Assembly: GCA_050331235.1 (NCBI GenBank) | Contig: JBHJHA010000101.1 | Coordinates: 1 to 39,659, forward strand | Length of the DNA stretch: 39,659 nucleotides | Source: Leptolyngbyaceae cyanobacterium | GTDB taxonomy: Bacteria > Cyanobacteriota > Cyanobacteriia > Phormidesmidales > Phormidesmidaceae | Reading direction: 5' to 3' | Shown here: piece after piece, positions 1 through 8,869 of the stretch | Position numbering within the stretch: position 1 is the stretch's first letter | Layout of the letters: each line of letters starts with the position of its first letter | Translations under genes and position numbers: made by a program | The notes under the pieces: model-generated | The model's input: only the letters and a program-made list of their open reading frames with translations | Database searches by the model: none | Told to the model about the DNA's origin: nothing

Positions 1-2110
1 CATTCCCCTCCCCGATTTCAATCTTCCTTCTGATTCTTTTGGTGTTGCCCTGCCCCTCTCCTTCTTCGGGGGGGGGGCCCCCTCCTCTCCCCTCCGCGGG
101 GGCGGCCCCAATGACATCCTCCATTTCGACGCGGCCGATACCGTTGTAGACGGCGGCGACGGCGACGATACCGCTCGGGCCACCGGCGACACCGGGGTCA
201 CCCTCGACCTGGGCACCGCCAGCATCGAAACAGCCTATGGCACCGAGGCCGGTGATGTCTTTAGCAACTCTGCCACCGGAAGCGTCGCGATTTACGGTCA
301 AGGGGGCGACGATACTATTATCTGCGGCAGCGGCCATGAGTCCCTCGACGGCGGCACGGGCAACGATATTATTACGGCTAACGCGGGCAACGACGTTCTC
401 GTTGGAGGAGCTGGGGATGACCAGCTCAACGGCGGCGCGGGCAACGATGTGCTGAGCGGCGATGGCGGAGCCGATACCCTAGCCGGTGGCAGCGGCGACG
501 ATACGCTCAACTTTGACGGTGACGATCAAATTGACGGCGGCGCAGGCGACGATACCGGCATCTATCAAGCGGCGACCAATGCCACTGTCGATATGGATGC
601 TACGGGTCTGGAAACGGTCTACGGCAACATTGGTGACGATACGCTGACATCGTTTGGTAATCGCGTTGTCCAAATGTTTGGCGGCGGCGGCAATGACACG
701 CTAGAAAGCGCTGCCGGTAACGATCTCCTGGAAGGGGGCGACGGTAACGATCAGCTTACGAGCAGCAGCGGTAACAATATCCTCAAGGGCGGTGCCGGGA
801 ATGACGAGCTGACCACTGGTGCCGGTCGCGATAATCTGCAAGGGGAAGCGGGCGACGACATCCTTGACGCCGGCGGGGGGAATGACACCCTGTCTGGGGG
901 GAGCGGAGCGGATCAACTCCTTGCCGGCAGCGGCAATGACCAGCTGTACTTTGATCAAGCTGACACCATTGTCGACGGCGGCAGTGGCAACGATACGGCC
1001 TACTTTCAAAGTCAAGCTGACCTCACCCTTGATGTCACCCAGGCAAATCTGGAAGCCGTCCACGGCAATACGGGAAGCGATCGCCTCACGGCCAGCGGTC
1101 AGACGAACGTCAAGCTTTATGGCAAAGCGGGGAATGACCAACTCATCACTGACGGCGGGAACGACGTCCTGGATGGTGGGAGCGGGAACGACCTCCTACA
1201 GGCGGGTGACGGCAACAACACCCTCAAAGGTGGCAGCGGCGATGACCAACTCACCACCGGAGCAGGCCAGGATGTCTTAGACGGCGGCAGCGGCGATGAT
1301 GTGCTCCAGGCAGGTGCCGGCAACGACCGGCTCAAAGGCGGCAACGACAACGACTTACTGGTCGGCGGGGCCGGGGATGATGAGCTGTATGGGGGCCTCG
1401 GTGACGACACCTTAGAAGGCGGTGATGGCGACGATATCCTCAATGCTGAGGTCGGTAACGATGTGCTGGATGGGGGCGCTGGTGACGACCAACTCTTTGG
1501 TAGCGGCGGCAACAACCTCATCACCGGTGGCACTGGTAACGACGAACTCTATGGCATTGCCGGTCAAAACACCCTCTCTGGCGGTGACGGGCAAGATACC
1601 ATCTTCGGCGGCAGCGGTGACGACTCCATCTTTGGGGATGTGGGCAACGACCAGCTCTATGGTGAAGCCGGTAGCGATCGCCTGAACGGCGGTGACGGTC
1701 ACGATGTCTTACTCGGCAAAACCGGTAATGACACCCTTGATGGCGGCGAAGGCAACGATGTCTTGAGCGGTACGGACAACGGTCATGGCGAAGTTGATGT
1801 CTTAACGGGCGGCGCTGGACGCGATACCTTCCTCCTTGGCAATCGTCAGCAAGCCTTCTACGACGACCAAAACGCAGATACTGCCGGGGCGGCGGACTAT
1901 GCCATCATCAGCGATTTTCAAATTACTGATGATGTGATCCACCTACATGGGGCCGCCAGCAACTACGTGCTTGGCAGCACGCAGTCTTCGACCCGAATTT
2001 ACATCGATAGCGATGGCAGCGGCGACTTAGGCGGTGCTGACGAACTGATTGCGGTGGTTCAGCAGGTACTCGATCTCAACCTCAGCGACACGTCCTTCCT
2101 GTATATCTAG
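1..2110 (+). CDS. RTX/hemolysin-type Ca2+-binding repeat protein, probable type I secretion substrate (5'-truncated by window/contig edge)
   Basis: Frame 2 is open from position 2 to TAG at 2108-2110. RTX-like sequence is clear from ~101 (GGPNDILHFDAADTVVDGGDGDD), well upstream of the tracked start at 449. Dozens of GGxGxDxL nonapeptides. Typical cyanobacterial RTX C-terminus (GEVDVLTGGAGRDTFLLG...ADYAIISDF...DELIAVV...FLYI). Confidence 0.92.
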   Translation, partial: IPLPDFNLPSDSFGVALPLSFFGGGAPSSPLRGGGPNDILHFDAADTVVDGGDGDDTARATGDTGVTLDLGTASIETAYGTEAGDVFSNSATGSVAIYGQGGDDTIICGSGHESLDGGTGNDIITANAGNDVLVGGAGDDQLNGGAGNDVLSGDGGADTLAGGSGDDTLNFDGDDQIDGGAGDDTGIYQAATNATVDMDATGLETVYGNIGDDTLTSFGNRVVQMFGGGGNDTLESAAGNDLLEGGDGNDQLTSSSGNNILKGGAGNDELTTGAGRDNLQGEAGDDILDAGGGNDTLSGGSGADQLLAGSGNDQLYFDQADTIVDGGSGNDTAYFQSQADLTLDVTQANLEAVHGNTGSDRLTASGQTNVKLYGKAGNDQLITDGGNDVLDGGSGNDLLQAGDGNNTLKGGSGDDQLTTGAGQDVLDGGSGDDVLQAGAGNDRLKGGNDNDLLVGGAGDDELYGGLGDDTLEGGDGDDILNAEVGNDVLDGGAGDDQLFGSGGNNLITGGTGNDELYGIAGQNTLSGGDGQDTIFGGSGDDSIFGDVGNDQLYGEAGSDRLNGGDGHDVLLGKTGNDTLDGGEGNDVLSGTDNGHGEVDVLTGGAGRDTFLLGNRQQAFYDDQNADTAGAADYAIISDFQITDDVIHLHGAASNYVLGSTQSSTRIYIDSDGSGDLGGADELIAVVQQVLDLNLSDTSFLYI

Positions 2111-2129
2111 TCGTTCCTGGAGCAATTCT

Positions 2130-2167
2130 GGACAGCAAACAAGGTTGCACATTTGGGTTTGCTGTCC
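2130..2167 (+). terminator. Stem-loop 3' of RTX gene (terminator or 3' stabiliser)
   Basis: Perfect 11-bp inverted repeat GGACAGCAAAC / GTTTGCTGTCC starting 20 nt after the stop codon; no long U tract. Confidence 0.5.
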
Positions 2168-2329
2168 GCTCTGTTCCTTGACAAGATTGGACAATTCTCA
2201 AATGCGCTACCAACGCGATCGCCCTGGCGCAATTCGCTAAGAAATATGCGGATTGCGATGATCAGAATTGTCCTATTTGAAACAAGAAGTAGGTTCGCTA
2301 CACACTTATTCTTACTGTGGAGAAAATAG

Positions 2330-2605
2330 ATGTTGGAATTTAAAGGGTTTCACCCCAAAGATGTTGACAGTGTTGTTGTTATTCGCCTGACAGAAGCGGG
2401 AATTGAATATCACAACTTAGACAACACGTCATTTCAATTCATCGCTTATGAAAGTCTTGCAGGTTATTCTGGCTGGCAGCCTGGATACGGGTCGCTGCAT
2501 CTCTACAGCGCTAATTCTAATTTGAACATTCATGTGAATTTCCCTGAGGAGATTGCGCAAGAAACCCTCAAAGAGATTACCCAGAATTTGCAAAGCAGAT
2601 TGTGA
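2330..2605 (+). CDS. Hypothetical protein, 91 aa
   Basis: ATG preceded by GGAGAAAATAG (SD-like). Protein-like composition. Fills the gap between two co-oriented genes. Confidence 0.65.
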   Translation: MLEFKGFHPKDVDSVVVIRLTEAGIEYHNLDNTSFQFIAYESLAGYSGWQPGYGSLHLYSANSNLNIHVNFPEEIAQETLKEITQNLQSRL

Positions 2606-2748
2606 TTTTCGCGCTCTCAAGCGCCTTAATTAGACGATAAAGCAGGCGAAATTAGTCTTGTAGTCCGCCTATTTTGTCTCAGTTTTTAGGGCGATACTGA
2701 TGCGATCGCCCCTCAACCAACTTTTTGAAAATCCTTGAGTTATTAATT

Positions 2749-4506
2749 ATGTTACGTCGTTTTTCTTGGTTTCATTGGGGCTTGGTTGGAATGACCGCAG
2801 CGCTGCTGCTGAGCTGGCAAGCCTGGCCCATTTTCGCCAACGAGACGGCTGTGGAGTCGGGCATTGTGGGCAATCAAATAGGCTATGGTCCCCACGCGGC
2901 CAAAGTCGCATTGGCGATTAATCCAGAGATCACAGGTTCCTCAACCGCCCAGCTCATCAATTTGGCGGACGGGAGTGTCGCAACGGCTCCGGTACCAGCT
3001 TCAGTCGCCCTCGATCCGGCAACGGGGCAGCAATTGGCAAACATCGATTTCAGCCATTTTAGCCAGCCGGGTCAGTATCAGTTGCAATATGGCGATCGCA
3101 CCTCTGTGCCCTTCGCCATTCAACCAGACCCTTACGCTGAGGTGACGCGGTCGCTCCTGCGCTCCTACTATCTCCAGCGCTGTGGCATCGTTCTCGACGA
3201 TCCAGAAACCGGCCTTTATCATCCCTCTTGTCATATCCATGATGGGGTGACGGCCCATGCCGACGCAGTAAATCCTGCCAACAGGGCGATCGCGGCAGCA
3301 GGTGGTTGGCATGATGCGGGCGACTACGGAAAATATGTAGCCACTGCAGCCGTGACCATCGGCCGTTTGCTCAGCATTTATGAACAGCAGCCTGATCGCT
3401 TTTGGGATGGTCAACTCAACATTCCAGAAAGCGGCAACGGCATTCCCGATTTGCTCGATGAGATGCAGTTTGGCCTCGACTGGATGCTCCGTATGCAGCG
3501 GGCCGATGGGGCAGTCTATCGCAAGCTATCGGGCACTAGTTGGCCCATTGATCTCACTCCCGATGAAGATGGTCAAACCCGCTACGTTTATGGCATCTCG
3601 ACGCCGGAGACGGCTAAGTTTGCCGGAGCAATGGCGATGGCGGGGCGGGTATTTCAGCCCTACGATGCAGCGATCGCCCAGCAATATCTTGTTGCCGCCG
3701 AGCAAGCCTGGAACTTTCTCACGAGTCAACCGACTATGGTGGTGGAAGAATACCCTACAGATAATGAAGGATCAGGGGCGTACCTCTATTCTGATTGGGA
3801 TCAAGAAGCGACCCTGCAAACGGATACCGACGATCGCCTGTGGGCCGCTGCCGAGCTTTACCTCACCACGCTCCAGCCTCAATACGAGAACTACTTTGTT
3901 CGTCACTCTGCGGCGATGCCTTACGGTCTCTTTGAGTGGAAAGACCCTTCCGCTTTGGGCCTGCTCGACTATGTGATGCAAGCTCCAGAGAATCCACAAA
4001 ACGATGCGGTCAAGAGAGCCATTGTCGACAAGCTGCTGACCCGTGCCGATCAACTGGTGGCGATCGCGAACGGTAATGGTTATGGCTTGGCAAACAATCG
4101 GTTTATTTGGGGATTCAACAAAATGGTGGCCGAGGAAGGTATTACCCTCGCCTATGCCTATCAATTTACCGGCAATGAGGTCTACCGCCACGCTGCCCAA
4201 GGTCAACTTGACTTTTTGTTAGGACGCAATCCCTTCAACCAAACCTTCATCACGGGAGTCGGCGATCGCCCGGTAGAGCGTGTCAACCATCTCTTTGCCC
4301 GAGCGCGGAACCTCTTGATTCCAGGGTTAGTGGTTGGCGGCCCCAACAGTGATGCCCAAGACAACATTGCCCCCCAAGGACAGGGAATCTTGAGCTATTT
4401 AGACAACGAAAAGTCCTATGCGACTAACGAGTATGCGATTGACTACAATGCCGCGATGGTCGGACTCATCGCAACTGTTGAGTCCACAGAACTCGGCAAG
4501 AGTTGA
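2749..4506 (+). CDS. Secreted glycoside hydrolase family 9 (endoglucanase/cellulase-like) with N-terminal Ig-like domain
   Basis: GH9 motifs GGWHDAGDYGKY, LLGRNP...H and YLDNEKSYATNEYAIDYNA (catalytic Glu). Ig-like segment NQIGY...DFSHFSQPGQY. ATG 2749 (MLRRFSWFHWGLVGMTAALLLSWQAWPIFA) gives a signal peptide; the track start at 2725 is TTG. Confidence 0.92.
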   Translation: MLRRFSWFHWGLVGMTAALLLSWQAWPIFANETAVESGIVGNQIGYGPHAAKVALAINPEITGSSTAQLINLADGSVATAPVPASVALDPATGQQLANIDFSHFSQPGQYQLQYGDRTSVPFAIQPDPYAEVTRSLLRSYYLQRCGIVLDDPETGLYHPSCHIHDGVTAHADAVNPANRAIAAAGGWHDAGDYGKYVATAAVTIGRLLSIYEQQPDRFWDGQLNIPESGNGIPDLLDEMQFGLDWMLRMQRADGAVYRKLSGTSWPIDLTPDEDGQTRYVYGISTPETAKFAGAMAMAGRVFQPYDAAIAQQYLVAAEQAWNFLTSQPTMVVEEYPTDNEGSGAYLYSDWDQEATLQTDTDDRLWAAAELYLTTLQPQYENYFVRHSAAMPYGLFEWKDPSALGLLDYVMQAPENPQNDAVKRAIVDKLLTRADQLVAIANGNGYGLANNRFIWGFNKMVAEEGITLAYAYQFTGNEVYRHAAQGQLDFLLGRNPFNQTFITGVGDRPVERVNHLFARARNLLIPGLVVGGPNSDAQDNIAPQGQGILSYLDNEKSYATNEYAIDYNAAMVGLIATVESTELGKS

Positions 4507-4720
4507 TGGCATCTATAAAATCCCTCATCTGTAGTTCCTTGGTGGGAGTTCCAAACAGCCTGCTATCGGTGTGGTCCTGACCATAGCTCCATAGCCAGGA
4601 ACAGGAGCGCAATCCTGCAATGCTACAGGTAGCGCTTTAGCACGAGCTCCCACTCAAGCCAAAAGGGGCAAAATTATTCAACATCCATCAGCAATTTATC
4701 CGTTTGGTCGTGTTTGACAC

Positions 4721-4751
4721 ACAGCCCCTGAAGCACTTTAGGGGCTGTTTC
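4721..4751 (+). terminator. Rho-independent terminator-like hairpin between GH9 and diguanylate cyclase
   Basis: ACAGCCCCTGAA-GCAC-TTTAGGGGCTGT (12-bp stem, one G-U) followed by TT. Confidence 0.6.
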
Positions 4752-4942
4752 ATGGAATGTTGGGTGAACTTATATTTCAAAATGTACTGTTTCTTAACCG
4801 TTTTTGTGATGCTTGATAAGTGATCCTGCCATGCAATAACCCAAAAGCTCGAATCTCGCTTGAAACTTAAATTTTGAGGTTGGTTGAGCTGCCATTGTTT
4901 GGGGAAGTCTGAAAGTGGGAATTTAGATGCACTTTTAGTCCT

Positions 4943-5893
4943 ATGGCCAACATTTTGATCGTAGATGACGATCTATCTACTCGAGCATTTTTAAGTTTGG
5001 CCCTCAAGCAAGATGGCCACAATATTGTTGAGTCATCTTCCGGTGAAGATTGCTTGTCAATCGTTCAGCAAGAAAGACTGGATATGGTGCTCTTAGATGC
5101 TCAGATGCCCGGCATGGATGGTTTCACCTGCTGTGCGCACATGAAAACGGTGCTGGGTGACAAATGCCCACCGATTATCATGATTACGGGCTTGGCGGAT
5201 AAAGCTTCTGTTGATCGGGCTTTTTCAGTGGGAGCCATTGACTACACAACAAAGCCAGTTCACATTACAGTTTTGCGCCATCGCATTCATCAGGTTCTGC
5301 ACGAGCGGGATTTGAGAAAACATTTGGCCGCGGTCAACAAACAACTCTCTGAAACGAATCGAGAATTACAGATTCTTACGCGCGTTGATGGTCTGACCCG
5401 AGTGGCCAATCGCCGATATTTTGAAGAGGTTTTGGCCAGTGAGTGGAATCGCATGGCGGAACAAAAGCGATTTCTCAGCTTACTGATTTGCGATATTGAT
5501 TATTTCAAACAGTATAACGACAGCTATGGGCATTTAGAGGGCGATCGCTGTCTTAAAAAAATCAGTCAAATCCTTGAGCGCAGTATTATCCGTGCCTCCG
5601 ATTTGGTGGCTCGTTACGGTGGTGAAGAATTTGTCATCCTCCTACCTGATACGGAGGCCGTCGGAGCCCATGCGATCGCCAAACGAATCCATGAAAATAT
5701 TCTGTACGAAAGCCTCCCCCATCGGGGCTCGAAGGTTGCCAGTGTGATTAGTATTAGCATCGGTGGAACGTACTTGATTCCATCGCCTGACGTTCAACGT
5801 CAAGATTTCTTTAAAGCTGCTGATAAAGCACTCTACTTGGCAAAAGCTCGAGGTCGCAACTGTACAGTTTTAGACAACTATTGCTCGCTTTAA
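4943..5893 (+). CDS. Response-regulator diguanylate cyclase (REC-GGDEF, PleD/WspR-like)
   Basis: Receiver motifs ILIVDDD, LLDAQMPGMDG and TTKP; coiled-coil linker; DGLTRVANRR; DIDYFKQYNDSYGHLEGD; I-site RASD five residues before active-site GGEEF; ADKALYLAKARGRN. Confidence 0.95.
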   Translation: MANILIVDDDLSTRAFLSLALKQDGHNIVESSSGEDCLSIVQQERLDMVLLDAQMPGMDGFTCCAHMKTVLGDKCPPIIMITGLADKASVDRAFSVGAIDYTTKPVHITVLRHRIHQVLHERDLRKHLAAVNKQLSETNRELQILTRVDGLTRVANRRYFEEVLASEWNRMAEQKRFLSLLICDIDYFKQYNDSYGHLEGDRCLKKISQILERSIIRASDLVARYGGEEFVILLPDTEAVGAHAIAKRIHENILYESLPHRGSKVASVISISIGGTYLIPSPDVQRQDFFKAADKALYLAKARGRNCTVLDNYCSL

Positions 5894-5923
5894 CCGGGCT
5901 TAATCTGATATCAAGTCCGGTTA
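5891..5923. terminator. Hairpin between convergent genes
   Basis: TAACCGGGCTT / AAGTCCGGTTA inverted repeat (one G-U) overlapping the DGC stop codon. Confidence 0.5.
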
Positions 5924-5972
5924 CCTACCGGCAAATAGAACCTCCGCAATCCCGATAGTTTTGTGAGCGACG

Positions 5973-6272
5973 TCACAGTAACGACATGTCGATGTCAGCA
6001 CTCGGTGGCAGGGCGGCATTGGGGGGAGTACTGGGGGTGCCACACTCAATGCTCAGAGTCAGATCGCTCATCCCCCACACATCAAAGAATTGCTCTGATA
6101 ACACTTGCCCAGCCTGGGTCAGATCGCCGTCTTCGTCGAGCAGCCCCCCTTGTAAAACTCGACCGCGATCAGTTTCCAAATCAAGCCGTAAACCTCCATC
6201 AGCTTGATGACGGATGAATAGACGGCCATAGGCGAGGACTTGTCCGGCCCGGCTAATGATGGTGCAACGCAT
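5973..6272 (-). CDS. Hypothetical protein, 99 aa
   Basis: ATG start after an AT-rich leader. Globular-looking core (MRCTIISRAGQVLAYGRL...FFDVWGMSDLTLSI) with a low-complexity tail. Co-oriented downstream of the CCC transporter. Confidence 0.7.
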   Translation of the reverse strand: MRCTIISRAGQVLAYGRLFIRHQADGGLRLDLETDRGRVLQGGLLDEDGDLTQAGQVLSEQFFDVWGMSDLTLSIECGTPSTPPNAALPPSADIDMSLL

Positions 6273-6418
6273 AAATTAATATTCAACTCAGAAATAAACA
6301 GCCGTGATGCCCTTAAGCCTTAGTATTATGGCTGAGCCCAACGGCAGGCCTTGACCATAGCTTCTTATCCGCCTGGAGGAAAGCCTCTCGCGAACGAAGC
6401 GATCGCCAATTCCACCAG

Positions 6419-8620
6419 TCAACTATTTTCCAACACCTCGGCAAAGGCGTAGCTGGGGGCAGCCAACACCAGCATCGTTGACGGTAATCCCTGAATCCGA
6501 GCTTGTACGGTGGAATAGTAAGTTTGAAACTCGTCATTGGGCTCGGCGATGCCGAGCATGACCTGGTCTGCCTCGCGAGAAGACTCATGCAAAATTTCAT
6601 CAAACGATCGCCCGTTGGCCACCAGCACATAGGTATCGGCATCGATGCGCAGCTTTTTCACCAGGCTATTGATGTTGTCTTCGGCTGCTGCCGCCGCTGC
6701 TTGATCCAGTACCACTAGCTTTAGGTTGATCTGAGCAGTGCGCCATGCTAGACCGTCACGGAGCAGCTCCGCCAAAATCAGCATCAGCGCACCATTCGCA
6801 TGGAGACCACCCCACCAAACGTCGATTTGATTATGTTTTTGCGCGTTCTGGTCAGGGCCCTCTCGATAAATGACAACATTACGCTCCGCCCTATGGAGCT
6901 CTCGAATGAGGTGACAATAGCGATCGCGGTTTTCTGGGGTTTCATTATCGCCAATTAGCACTGTATCGGGAGTAATGGGGCCAAGGCCGTAAATTTCCAC
7001 TAGCCGCTCAACGCCGGCAAACGGATCGGGCGCTGTCAATACTCTCACCAATGCTCGGACCCCCCGCTCTCGCAAATAATTGTTGATGCTTTTTTCCATT
7101 TCCTGCTGCTGGCGAACACTGCGGGAACCCAATGGCAAGATACTGGCAATAGTGAACAGACCTCGGTTGTGGTTAAGACCATCGGCCAGCTCGATCAACC
7201 CCCAACGGCGCATCGGGGCCCCAGATAGCACCAGCATATGAGGTCGCCAGTTTTTGGGGTCAGCGCGGTGCCCCAGTTGAAAAATACTGGTCCGCAACAG
7301 CATCATCCAGATACCCCGACGGGCATCGCCCCAAGTACTTTTTAGTTCTCGCCGTTGAATCCACAAAAAGATGGCAACCACAATGAGTCCTGCAATTACT
7401 GTGGCGACTGGGTTGATCAGAAACATGACAGCGAGACAGCCAATCGCTCCTAACAGCGACAATGACCAATGCACCGAAAACAGTGGCCGAAAAGAGGGAC
7501 TGTCTAAAAATCCTTCGATGCCAGCGGCAATGTTGAGCACCAGATAGGTGGTCAAGAAAAACATACTTAACACGGGGGCAATCAGATTTAAGTCACCAAC
7601 AACCACTGCAGCCACGACAACCCCCAGGGTGACGGCGGTGCCGATGCGGGGTTCATCATTAGCGCCACTGCCTTTACCCAAAAAGCCTAGCCAGCGGGGC
7701 AGTACACCGTCTCGGGCAAGCGCTTGCAAAATGCGCGGCGCTCCTAAGATGCTGCCGATCGCGCTCGACAGCGTCGCCCCCCAGATCCCCAGTAAAATGG
7801 CGGGTCCCCAGTAGGCGATGCGCTGCATGACTAGCGGATCTTCTACCAATGTGGCCGCATCGGCCCGGGTCGCTAAGAAAAAGGGCAGAACCATGTAGAT
7901 CAGATAACCAGCCCCGACCGCCGCCAAAGTCCCCGTGGGAATAGATTTAATCGGATTTTTCAGGTCGCCCGACATGTTGACCCCCGCCATGATGCCCGTC
8001 ACCGCTGGAAAGAAAACTGCAAAGACAGTCCAGAAGGACTCACCGCCTTCAGTGCCCCAGGGCTCCAGCTGAGTCGGCTCTAACGGAGACCCAAACGCCA
8101 AAGACAGCAGCGATAGGGCGATCGCCGCCATGATGAAGTATTGGGCCTTAATGGCAATCTCAGCGGAGGTAATGGCTAATACGGCGACAAAGATGGTGAC
8201 AATCAGCGCCACATAGGTCTGGTTGAACCGGCCAAATGCCCCGACAACACTTTCCGCAAAGCCAATGGTGTAAAGCGCCACCGATAGGGCTTGGGCAAAG
8301 TAAAGTGGAATGCCGACAGCGCCGCCGGTTTCAATCCCAAGGGAGCGGCTAATCATGAAATAAGCCCCCCCGGCTCGCACCACCCGGTCGGTCGCGATCG
8401 CGCAAATTGACAAAGCCGTCAAAAAAGTAATACTCACTGCCATGGTGACGATGAGCCAGGACCCAAATAAACCGACGTTGCCCACAACCCAGCCAAATCG
8501 GAGGTACATAATGACCCCCAGAATGGTCAAGATAGAAGGCGTGAAAACCCCGCCGAAGGCACCTAGACCGGTTTTTTCTGCTGGCGTGGTTACCGCCGTC
8601 GGGACAGATTTTGAAGGCAT
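6419..8620 (-). CDS. Cation-chloride cotransporter (SLC12/CCC family, Na-K-Cl cotransporter-like; APC superfamily)
   Basis: GVFTPSILTILGVIMYLRFGWVVG, GGAYFMISRSLG, FAVFFPAVTGIMAGVNMSGDLKNP, SSAIGSILGAPRILQALARD, SPSFRP, KNWRPH, and cytosolic C-domain with IDVWWGG. These are hallmark CCC motifs. Confidence 0.92.
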   Translation of the reverse strand: MPSKSVPTAVTTPAEKTGLGAFGGVFTPSILTILGVIMYLRFGWVVGNVGLFGSWLIVTMAVSITFLTALSICAIATDRVVRAGGAYFMISRSLGIETGGAVGIPLYFAQALSVALYTIGFAESVVGAFGRFNQTYVALIVTIFVAVLAITSAEIAIKAQYFIMAAIALSLLSLAFGSPLEPTQLEPWGTEGGESFWTVFAVFFPAVTGIMAGVNMSGDLKNPIKSIPTGTLAAVGAGYLIYMVLPFFLATRADAATLVEDPLVMQRIAYWGPAILLGIWGATLSSAIGSILGAPRILQALARDGVLPRWLGFLGKGSGANDEPRIGTAVTLGVVVAAVVVGDLNLIAPVLSMFFLTTYLVLNIAAGIEGFLDSPSFRPLFSVHWSLSLLGAIGCLAVMFLINPVATVIAGLIVVAIFLWIQRRELKSTWGDARRGIWMMLLRTSIFQLGHRADPKNWRPHMLVLSGAPMRRWGLIELADGLNHNRGLFTIASILPLGSRSVRQQQEMEKSINNYLRERGVRALVRVLTAPDPFAGVERLVEIYGLGPITPDTVLIGDNETPENRDRYCHLIRELHRAERNVVIYREGPDQNAQKHNQIDVWWGGLHANGALMLILAELLRDGLAWRTAQINLKLVVLDQAAAAAAEDNINSLVKKLRIDADTYVLVANGRSFDEILHESSREADQVMLGIAEPNDEFQTYYSTVQARIQGLPSTMLVLAAPSYAFAEVLENS

Positions 8621-8869
8621 GTTAGAGCAAGTTAGTTAATATTCCCTACAGGATAGTTGTGCGACGGTGCTGTTTTTAGCATCCACCCAAGGAAATAGGC
8701 CGCTATGGACGCTTCCCAGATATGCCTGGCGATCGTCAATGCCTCGATTACCCCGATTAAATCAGCAGCGATTAGGATGGAGAGTGTGGCAAAAACCCGC
8801 TAACATGGCTGCTCATCCTTGTAGACTGGCTGTGATGACCTCGCAATCATTTCATCTCATCGCTCACTT

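Noticed and set aside
449..451. Tracked start of the RTX ORF at 449
   Set aside because: The same frame is open and RTX-like back to at least 101, so the gene is 5'-truncated.
298..1702. Alternative-frame and antisense ORFs over the RTX gene (e.g. 298-510, 701-1141, 819-1280, 1117-1533)
   Set aside because: Ser/Pro-rich shadows of the GGxGxD codon pattern; no independent coding signal.
4660..4720. GGGCAAA upstream of the diguanylate cyclase as a possible c-di-GMP-I riboswitch
   Set aside because: Lacks the GNRA-capped P2, the GCAAAG junction and the tetraloop receptor.
8621..8869. T-box leader upstream of thrS; 99-aa ORF 8667-8966
   Set aside because: No GGTGGNACCGCG T-box motif. The ORF overlaps thrS out of frame and lacks family features.
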